Source: an uncultured bacterium (GTDB lineage Bacteria > Planctomycetota > UBA1135 > GCA-002686595). From it: a DNA stretch of 64,000 nucleotides. The notes beneath the pieces are model-generated. The model had not been told where the DNA came from, made no database searches, and saw only the letters and a program-made list of their open reading frames with translations. The position numbers were made by a program, and so were the translations under genes. The stretch covers positions 192,001-256,000 of the forward strand of contig CALSNU010000005.1 in the NCBI GenBank assembly GCA_943787795.1, in the 5' to 3' direction. This document shows, piece by piece, positions 56,928-64,000 of this stretch. Position 1 is the first letter of the stretch; every line of letters starts with the position of its first letter.

Positions 56928-59336
56928 TCAGTCGCCGCCGGAGCCGTCCACTTCGGCGCCGCCCTCGACCGCTTGATCGCCACCGGGAGACCGCCGCTTC
57001 AGCTTCTGTGCCTCTTCACGGGCCTCCCGCATGGGGTTGGGCCCGCTGCCGCGCTTGGGCTGGGGCCTGAGCCGGAAGGTGCGCTCCGCCATCTCCGGCG
57101 GCCAGACGTTGTCGGAGAGGTCGGCGTCCGCGGTCTCGCGGCTGGGGTCTAGCTGCACGCGGACCAGGACCTTCTCGCTGATGACGAGCTTGGAGATCGA
57201 GGTGTCGTTGCTGCGCCAGATCTCTGCGGGGATCCGCATGGACTCGTGGGTCCCGTCCTCGAACTCGAGGTCCAGGATGACCGGCATCACCAGGCCCCCC
57301 TCGTTGCTCACGTCGATCACGAAGAAGTTGGGCGCGGAGCTCAGGAGCTCCTTCTGACCCTCATCACGTGACTCGAGGAGCTTCTCGTACTTGCGCACGT
57401 CCGCCGGGGTGACGTCAAGCTCGTCGTAGGTGTTGTAGAAGTCCACCAGCTCCGGGAAGGCCTCGACGTACTTGGGGAGGTCGCGGTTCCGGGAGGCGGA
57501 GACGTCCTCGGGCTCGGCGTCCCGCTTCTCGCGGCGCTTCGCCTTCTCGGCATCGGGGTCCTGGGAGTCGACGCGGTAGCGCGTGACGCCCGTGAGGGCG
57601 AGGTCGGTGTGGTCCGTGGAGTAGAACCAGCCGCGCCAGAACCAGTCGAGGTCCACGCCGCTGGCGTCCTCCAGGGTCCGGAACAGGTCCGCGGGCTCGG
57701 GGCGCTTGAACATCCAGCGCCTCGAGTACTCCTTGAAGGCGAAGTCAAAGAGCTCCCGGCCGACCACGGTCTCCCGCAGGATGTTCAGCGCCGTCGCCGG
57801 CTTGCCGTAGGCGTTGTTGCCGAACTGCAGGATGCTCTCCGAGTTGGTCATGATCGGCACCTGGGCGGTGCTGGTCATGTATCCCGTCATCTTGCCCGGG
57901 GCGCCGCGGCGGGAGGGGTAGTCCTCCTCCCACTCGGACTCCGCGAGGAACTGGACGTAGGTGTTCAGCCCCTCATCCATCCAGGTCCACTGGCGCTCGT
58001 CGGAGTTGACGATCATCGGGAACCAGTTGTGTCCGACCTCGTGGATGATCACGGAGATCAGCCCGTACTTCGACCGCGCTGTGTAGGTCCCGTCCTTCGC
58101 CGGCCTGGGGCCGTTGAAGCAGATCATGGGGTACTCCATGCCGCCCACCGGGCCGTTGACCGAGATGGCCACCGGGTAGGGGTAGGGGAACGTGTACTTG
58201 CCGTACACGTCGAGGGTGTGGATCACTGAGTGGGTCGAGTAGGGGAGCCAGAGCTCGTGCCCCTCCTTCGGCCAGTAGGACATGGCCCAGACGGGGTCCC
58301 CGCCCTCGATCTCGTGGAGCTTCGCGTCCCAGATGAACTTGCGGGATGAGGCCCAGGCAAAGTCGCGCACGTTCTCGGCGGCGAACGTCCAGGTCTTCTT
58401 CCCCGTGGGCGCCGTCGACTCGTTGGCCTCGGCCTCCTCGCGGGTGATGACCAGCACCGGCTCGTCGGCGGTCTCCGCCAGGGCGAGGCGCTCCATCCAC
58501 AGGGGCTCGAGGACGTCCTCTGGGTTCTGCAGGACTCCGGTGGATGCGACCACGTGGTCGTCGGGGACCGTGATGCTGACCTCGTAGTCCCCGAACTCGA
58601 GGGTGAACTCGCCGCGGCCGAGGAACTCCTTGTTCTGCCAGCCGGTGTAATCGGTGTAGGCGCACATCCTCGGGAACCAGTGCGCCATCTCGTACAGGTA
58701 GTTGCCGTCCTCCTCGAAGAACTCGTAGCCGGAGCGCCCGCCGAACTTCCTCTGGTCGTTGATGGAGTAGGCCCAGTCGAGTGAGAACTCGAAGGCTTGA
58801 CCCGCGAGGAGCGGCGCGGGGAGGTCGACGCGCATGGTCGTGTCGACCAGCGCGAACTCGAGGGGAGCGCCGCCGCTGTCCACCAGGTTCGAGATCTTCG
58901 CGCCGCCATCGAAGACCTGGCGCTCGATCAGCGCCCTGGTCGCCTCGAAGGTCATGCCCGCGTCGAGGTTGGGCGCCAGGGTGGTGGCGACCGCGTGGGA
59001 CTGGGGAGCGAAGTAGTTCGGCTCCACCTGCAGCCACAGGTACCGGAGCGCGTCCGGGGAGTTGTTCTGGTATCTGATCCGCTCGGAGCCGCGGAGAGCC
59101 TGCGCCTCATCGTCCAGCTCCACCTCGATCCGGTAGTCCACCTTCTGCTGCCAGTACTCGTGCCCCGGGGCCCCCGAAGCGGTGCGGTAGCTGGAGGGTG
59201 AGGGCAGCTCCTCACGCAGCTGGGCAAAGCGGTCCTCGCGCTCGTCGCCGCCTGCGCTCAGCGAGACGCCGAGGGCCAGTGGGATGGCGAAGAGGATCGC
59301 GAGGGGCCGGCGGAAGGGACGGTGAGGAGAGTTCAT
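56928..59336 (-). CDS. Secreted M1 family zinc aminopeptidase
   Basis: Signal peptide, YWQQKVDY, GGMEYP, HEVGHNWF...WMDEG, NAYGK. Confidence 0.94.
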   Translation of the reverse strand: MNSPHRPFRRPLAILFAIPLALGVSLSAGGDEREDRFAQLREELPSPSSYRTASGAPGHEYWQQKVDYRIEVELDDEAQALRGSERIRYQNNSPDALRYLWLQVEPNYFAPQSHAVATTLAPNLDAGMTFEATRALIERQVFDGGAKISNLVDSGGAPLEFALVDTTMRVDLPAPLLAGQAFEFSLDWAYSINDQRKFGGRSGYEFFEEDGNYLYEMAHWFPRMCAYTDYTGWQNKEFLGRGEFTLEFGDYEVSITVPDDHVVASTGVLQNPEDVLEPLWMERLALAETADEPVLVITREEAEANESTAPTGKKTWTFAAENVRDFAWASSRKFIWDAKLHEIEGGDPVWAMSYWPKEGHELWLPYSTHSVIHTLDVYGKYTFPYPYPVAISVNGPVGGMEYPMICFNGPRPAKDGTYTARSKYGLISVIIHEVGHNWFPMIVNSDERQWTWMDEGLNTYVQFLAESEWEEDYPSRRGAPGKMTGYMTSTAQVPIMTNSESILQFGNNAYGKPATALNILRETVVGRELFDFAFKEYSRRWMFKRPEPADLFRTLEDASGVDLDWFWRGWFYSTDHTDLALTGVTRYRVDSQDPDAEKAKRREKRDAEPEDVSASRNRDLPKYVEAFPELVDFYNTYDELDVTPADVRKYEKLLESRDEGQKELLSSAPNFFVIDVSNEGGLVMPVILDLEFEDGTHESMRIPAEIWRSNDTSISKLVISEKVLVRVQLDPSRETADADLSDNVWPPEMAERTFRLRPQPKRGSGPNPMREAREEAQKLKRRSPGGDQAVEGGAEVDGSGGD

Positions 59337-59560
59337 TGAAGAGGGGGCTCGGGGGCAGTGACAAGTGGCACCAAGGTACTCGGAGATACGGCGCTGGCTA
59401 GGCGCCGCCGCAGCCGTGACTTGAGTCGTAACGCAAGCCGGATGGCTGGACAGACGTCGCCGCTCGGTCCGCAGGCGCCAGCGAGGGAGTCTCTCCCCAA
59501 GCGCTTTCGGGGGTCTCTGACGGGGCTGCCTGAAGACACGCGTGTCCCGGCTTGTGGAAG

Positions 59561-60289
59561 TCAGCGGCGATCAAAATCAGGCATCTCGCCCTGGCCGGCG
59601 GGAGGCTCGCCGTATCCACCGAGGCTGCTCACGTACTCGTCGAACTGGGCGGGCGTCAGTGTCGCTTTCATCGAGGCCTTCGTTGCCTCTTGGGCCTCGT
59701 TCCAAATGGACTTGTAGCTCTCGGGCCCAAAGTTCGGATCTTGCTCCATCGAAGCGACCTTCTCGTTCCATGCCTTGGTCTGGGTGTCGAAGACCTCTCG
59801 CACGGCCATCACCTGTGCGTCAGTGAGGGCGAGTTGCACCTGCAGCTTCGCCAGTTGACCCTCCCGGGCCGACTCTGCATTGGCGATCTTCGCCCGCTCC
59901 GAGGCCAAGCGCGCTCGCTCCGCGCGGGCATCGAGGACTCGCTCGAGGGTGGTCTCGAGCGAACCCTGGGAGTTGGGCGAAGACGGATCACTGGCCAAGA
60001 GCTCAGCGACGATCGACTCAACGTCCTCCCTCGTCAACTGATCGCTGGCCCCGGAGCGGGGCGCAACTTCCATCATTCGGGCGGCGGATTCCACGTTCGT
60101 CAGCCGGGCGCTCAGGAGTTCCAAGCTCTCCGAGAGGTCGCTGAAGCGGGCGTTCAACTGTGCTGACTGGTCGGCGTCGAGGCCAGGCCGGGGGGCGGGG
60201 GCGTCCGAGGGCAGGAGGCTGGCGCCCACAGCGCCAGCGACACCTGCCGCGATCATGGAGAGAAATACGAAGAGGCTCTTTTCGGGCAT
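59561..60289 (-). CDS. Membrane-anchored coiled-coil protein with LTxxQ-like motifs (paralog 2)
   Basis: N-terminal TM, heptads, LALTDAQ and LTPAQFDEY; aligns by eye with 60707..61453. Confidence 0.75.
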   Translation of the reverse strand: MPEKSLFVFLSMIAAGVAGAVGASLLPSDAPAPRPGLDADQSAQLNARFSDLSESLELLSARLTNVESAARMMEVAPRSGASDQLTREDVESIVAELLASDPSSPNSQGSLETTLERVLDARAERARLASERAKIANAESAREGQLAKLQVQLALTDAQVMAVREVFDTQTKAWNEKVASMEQDPNFGPESYKSIWNEAQEATKASMKATLTPAQFDEYVSSLGGYGEPPAGQGEMPDFDRR

Positions 60290-60634
60290 CGGGTGGCTCG
60301 CCTGGCTGGCGCTGTTGTGGTCCTGGTGGCAGTGATGGGGTCTTCGCCCGCTCCTAGGGGCACCGCGGAAATGACCCCGGCAGGTGGAAGGGCACGCAGC
60401 TTCCCTGTGAGAGCACCTTGAGCGTCAATGCTGCGGTCGTCAATGCTCGGCCCCGGACCTTTGGAGATGGCCCTGATTGAAGTCCCAGCGATGCCTGGTT
60501 TCGGCATGCAAGACTCGGTGCAAAGCGAGGTCGGTTCTCCACGGCGAGGGGGGAGTAGCGGTGGCTGACTGTCTCAGTGGGCATCCGGTGCCTCAGCGGG
60601 CAGCCAGTGGCTCAGCAGGGCCTACCCAACCCTA

Positions 60635-60681
60635 TGAACGCGGGAGGCGGCCGATCGAAAGTCGGCCGCCTCCCGCGTTCA
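60635..60681 (-). terminator. Long stem-loop after paralog 1
   Basis: tgaacgcgggaggcggccga-tcgaaag-tcggccgcctcccgcgttca, 20-bp perfect stem. Confidence 0.75.
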
Positions 60682-60706
60682 AAGGGGGCACTCTCGGGAG
60701 GGTCGC

Positions 60707-61453
60707 TCAGCGGCCGCCGCGGCCGCCGCGGCCGCCGCCGTTGTCGCCGCCGCGTCCGCCCCAGCGCTGGTTGGAGTTGGACTCCTCGTATTGCTCGTAC
60801 TGGCTGGGGGAGAGGACGCCTTGGATGGCCAGGTTGGTCTCGTCACGCAGGCCGGTCCACATCTCGCGCATGCTGCCCATATCGAGTCCGGAGTCCCGGG
60901 CCTCGCGCATGGTCTGGCGCATCTCGTCGACCTTGGCCGTCTGCCCCTGGAAGATCCCGCGCATGGAGTCGAGCTGGGTCTGATCCAGGCCGAGGTCGGT
61001 CTGGAGCTTGGCGAGGCGGTCCTCGAGGCGCTTGGCCTCTGCGTCGGCCCGCCGCTGCTGCCGATCCTGCTCCTCTTGCTCTTCGCGCTGCTCGATGACG
61101 TTGGCCACCGCGGACTCTAGGGACGGGCTCGTGATGGCCGGAGCGCCCTCGACCGAGCCGAGCACCTCCTTCACCATACTCTCGATCTCGCTCCGATCGA
61201 GGCTCGCCGCGACGCGCCCGGACGCCGCGATGGGCGCCAAGGTCTCCGCGCTCTCGAGGCTCTCCACGCGCTCGGCGAGGGTCGAGATCGAGACTCCAAG
61301 CTCGTCGATGGCGGCGAGGAGCTCCGGGCCAGCGGCCTCGGCCGAGGCCGCCTCGGGCCCCGGTGCCGGGGCGAGCAGGACGGTGGCGCCGACGGCGCTC
61401 GCGGCGCCCGCGAGGACACTGCCGAGGAGGATGAGAGGGGTGCTGTTGGACAT
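60707..61453 (-). CDS. Membrane-anchored coiled-coil protein with LTxxQ-like motifs and Gly/Arg tail (paralog 1)
   Basis: N-terminal TM, LGLDQTQ and LSPSQYEQY, GGRGG tail. Confidence 0.8.
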   Translation of the reverse strand: MSNSTPLILLGSVLAGAASAVGATVLLAPAPGPEAASAEAAGPELLAAIDELGVSISTLAERVESLESAETLAPIAASGRVAASLDRSEIESMVKEVLGSVEGAPAITSPSLESAVANVIEQREEQEEQDRQQRRADAEAKRLEDRLAKLQTDLGLDQTQLDSMRGIFQGQTAKVDEMRQTMREARDSGLDMGSMREMWTGLRDETNLAIQGVLSPSQYEQYEESNSNQRWGGRGGDNGGGRGGRGGR

Positions 61454-61494
61454 GGCTGTAGAAGTAAGGGGTGTGGTCTTGTTTGTGATGCGGG

Positions 61495-62583
61495 TCAGTC
61501 GTCGCTCTCGGCCTTGCCGGTGGCGACCTCGACGTTGACCTCGATGGTGGTCTCGGTGGAGCGGCTCATCTCCATGAGCCCACGCTGGGTCTCGCGCTCC
61601 ATCTCCATGTCGACCTGGTACGAGCCTTCGACGCGGAGGGCGACCGGGCGCTCCTCCTCGATGCTCCAGAGCAGCGCGCCCTCGAACTCGCCGGTGTAGG
61701 TGGACTCCTGGGGGGCCGGGGCCGAGGGGCTCAGCACCTGGCCGCCTCTGCCGCCGCGTCCGCCGCGCTGGCGGGCCTCCATGGCGCCCTCGACCTCAAT
61801 CTCGAGGGAGATCACCGCGCACTCCAGTCCGCCGGCTTCCTCGGTCTCCTCTGTGAACGTCGCGGTGATGGACCAATCGCCGCCCGCGATGGCGCCCAGG
61901 CCGGTCCGGGCACCGCCGCCGCGCATTCCGCCTCGGCCGCCGCGACCACCGCGGCCCTCGCCGCCGCCCTCACCGCCGCGCTGCGGCCGATCGATGAGCT
62001 TGCCTTCGAGCGGTGCGCCGAGGGCGATCATGAGCGCCTCACCCTCGATGTCCCAGGTCGCGCCGAGCTCCACGGCGTCCTCAGGGAGCAGGGTGTCCAG
62101 CGGGAGCGAGAGGCGGTGCCCTTCGAGGCGACCCTCGCCCTCGGGCTCTTCTCCGTCGACGATCTCCACCTCGGACTCGTCGTCCTCGCCGGTGATCAGG
62201 ATGGTGAGCCCGTCGAAGCTGCTCTCCGCCTCCATCTCCATGGGGCCATCGCGGCCCTCACGCTCGGTGCTCGCGCTCACCTCGTCGAAGGACCGCTCGA
62301 CCTTCGTGGGTGCGCCGTCCTTCACCTCCTTGGCCGTGTCCGTGTAGGAGTAGCTCATGGAGGTTGAGCTGCCACCGCCGCCGAAGCCGCGGCCCTCCAT
62401 GGGCTCGCCGTCGATGTAGAACTCCGAGCTCAGGGTCTCGTTGGAGGACTCGACCGCGACGCTGACCTCGAAGGTCCGCTCGGTGGAGTAGCGGGTGGCG
62501 AGGGTCGCCTCGATCAAGACGCCGGCTGCAGCGGTTGCGACCAGGGTCACGGCGCTGACGGTGAAGGTGGGAGAGTTGAACAT
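61495..62583 (-). CDS. Exported acidic beta-rich hypothetical protein with GGRGG inserts
   Basis: Hydrophobic N terminus, Glu-rich, typical codon bias, GGAG upstream. Confidence 0.75.
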   Translation of the reverse strand: MFNSPTFTVSAVTLVATAAAGVLIEATLATRYSTERTFEVSVAVESSNETLSSEFYIDGEPMEGRGFGGGGSSTSMSYSYTDTAKEVKDGAPTKVERSFDEVSASTEREGRDGPMEMEAESSFDGLTILITGEDDESEVEIVDGEEPEGEGRLEGHRLSLPLDTLLPEDAVELGATWDIEGEALMIALGAPLEGKLIDRPQRGGEGGGEGRGGRGGRGGMRGGGARTGLGAIAGGDWSITATFTEETEEAGGLECAVISLEIEVEGAMEARQRGGRGGRGGQVLSPSAPAPQESTYTGEFEGALLWSIEEERPVALRVEGSYQVDMEMERETQRGLMEMSRSTETTIEVNVEVATGKAESDD

Positions 62584-62872
62584 GGTGCTGGTCTGGCTGT
62601 TCGCCGTGCGGGGAGCGGGGAGCGGGGTGCCGGGTGCTGTTGGCGGAGGAGCGAGCGATGTACCCGGCGCCTCTCACGTCTTCGGCCCATTGGAACCGAT
62701 TCCGGCCCCTTGAGTTCCGCCCGTACCCCACCCGGGGGGCTGTTTGGCGCTGGCAGTCGGGGCGGTGTTGCCAGCGGTCGTCCCACGCTTGGTCCTGGGG
62801 GCAACGCGGGGCGGCCCGGGGCCTCGTCGCTCTGTTGCGGAGGTGTAAATCGCCGCGGGGGAGCGAGGGCTC

Positions 62873-63625
62873 TCAGCGCAGGGTCCGACGGACGAGGGCC
62901 ATTCGGGTTCGGCTGACGGGAACCGTGGCGCCTCCCTCGAGGGTCAACCTTCCGGTACCGGACGTCGAGCTGGCGAGCGCGCGCACCGCCTGTCGGCGGA
63001 TGATGGCGGAGCGGTGGACCCTCAGGAAATCTTCGGCAGGGAGTCGCTTCTCCACGTGTCCCATCGAGGCCCTCATCAGCTCGACGCCGCCGTCCGAGCT
63101 GTGGACCTTGACGTATTGATCGGCGGCCTCAACCCAGAGGATCTCGTCGAAGGGGACCATCACCATCTCTCCCTCGCGGTGGATGACGAGGCGTTCCTCT
63201 CCGCGCTCTTCAAGTAGCCCCTGCAGGCGCGCCTGGCCGGGGGCGGGCCCCTCCTGCTGTCGACGCTCTCTCGCCCTTGTGAGGGCCTGGGTGAAGCGCG
63301 CGTCGTCGAAGGGTTTGAGCAGGTAGTCCACTGCGTGGAGCTCGAAGGCCTCCACGGCGTGGTCATCGTGAGCCGTGGCGAAGACCACAAGCGGCCGCGC
63401 GTCGGACTCCAGCGCTGCGACGACGTCGAGGCCAGAGCCGGACGGCATGCGGATGTCGAGGACCAGGAGGTCCGGCGAGAGCTCCTTGGCGAGGCGCAGG
63501 GCCTCGGCTCCGGTGCTGCAGGCACCGACAAGCTCCAGGGTGGGGTCGTTGGAGATGAGCCTGCGGAGCGAGTCGAGCGCATGGGGCTCGTCGTCTGCGC
63601 AGAGGACTCGCATGATCTCGGTCAT
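62873..63625 (-). CDS. LytTR-family response regulator
   Basis: ADDEP, LDIRMP, ATA, DYLLKP, FLRVHRS, VPVSR. Confidence 0.95.
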   Translation of the reverse strand: MTEIMRVLCADDEPHALDSLRRLISNDPTLELVGACSTGAEALRLAKELSPDLLVLDIRMPSGSGLDVVAALESDARPLVVFATAHDDHAVEAFELHAVDYLLKPFDDARFTQALTRARERRQQEGPAPGQARLQGLLEERGEERLVIHREGEMVMVPFDEILWVEAADQYVKVHSSDGGVELMRASMGHVEKRLPAEDFLRVHRSAIIRRQAVRALASSTSGTGRLTLEGGATVPVSRTRMALVRRTLR

Positions 63626-64000
63626 CGGTCCACCTCCCCCCGGATCTCTCCTGGCGGCGAGTTCAGAGTCGCTCCCGGCGCCACCGCGGCGCTGTCGTGG
63701 GGGCCCGTCTCCAGGTCGTCGAGGGGCATCCGCAGCCTGGCGCGCGTCCCTCCGCCGTCCATCGCGATGATCTCGAAGGAGGCGCCCTCCTCGAAGAGAG
63801 CGGCCAGCCGCGTTCGGACGTGCCTCAACCCGACGCCGACAGGACTCTCTTCCTGAAAGCCGGCCCCGTCATCTTCGACGTCGATCAAGAGCTGGGTTCC
63901 GTCCTCAGTCGAGGCTGCGCGAAGGCGGACCACGCCGCCCGCGCTGGACGCGGCGATGCCGTGCTTGACGGCGTTCTCGACGAGCGGCTGGGTGATGAAC
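63622..64000 (-). CDS. LytS-type sensor histidine kinase, C-terminal part
   Basis: FITQPLVENAVKHG...VEDDGAG...GVGLRHVRTRL. ATGA overlap with the regulator; runs off the window edge. Confidence 0.9.
   Translation of the reverse strand, partial: FITQPLVENAVKHGIAASSAGGVVRLRAASTEDGTQLLIDVEDDGAGFQEESPVGVGLRHVRTRLAALFEEGASFEIIAMDGGGTRARLRMPLDDLETGPHDSAAVAPGATLNSPPGEIRGEVDR

Noticed and set aside
60290..60634. Structured ncRNA in the lower-GC gap between the paralogs
   Set aside because: Only short hairpins are visible and no family motif is recognisable; a covariance-model search would be needed.

Overview
This is a very GC-rich, gene-dense bacterial window with no rRNA, tRNA, CRISPR array, transposase or integrase that I can support. 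Gene content suggests Planctomycetota, possibly an OM190/Saltatorellus-like lineage (inference). Housekeeping genes include polA, dinB, a UvrD/Rep helicase, apaH, an RlmL-like methyltransferase, lepB, cls, an aldehyde dehydrogenase, M1 and M24 peptidases and a NatAB-like ABC transporter. Five things stand out. (1) 1-6 kb: a specialised lipid operon (GbsR-type regulator with a palindromic operator, FabF, ACP, two tandem phytoene-desaturase-like flavoproteins) next to an OleA with no oleBCD beside it. (2) 23.9-34.8 kb: a SigK/RskA-type ECF pair facing a furan-fatty-acid-type operon that ends in a globin-like plus B12-binding protein with the CarH W-x9-EH motif but no DNA-binding domain; two back-to-back TCATCC-N15-GCGAA promoter motifs lie in front of the operon and the divergent hydrolase. 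(3) Two unrelated secreted proteins share a 137-aa C-terminal domain, a candidate lineage-specific sorting or anchoring module. (4) A ~1400-aa membrane-anchored coiled coil carries 96-bp repeats and a single-base frameshift. (5) Short tandem repeats with drifting units are widespread, some seeded from gene ends, and several genes have apparent leaderless promoters. All calls come from reading motifs by eye; no database searches were run.
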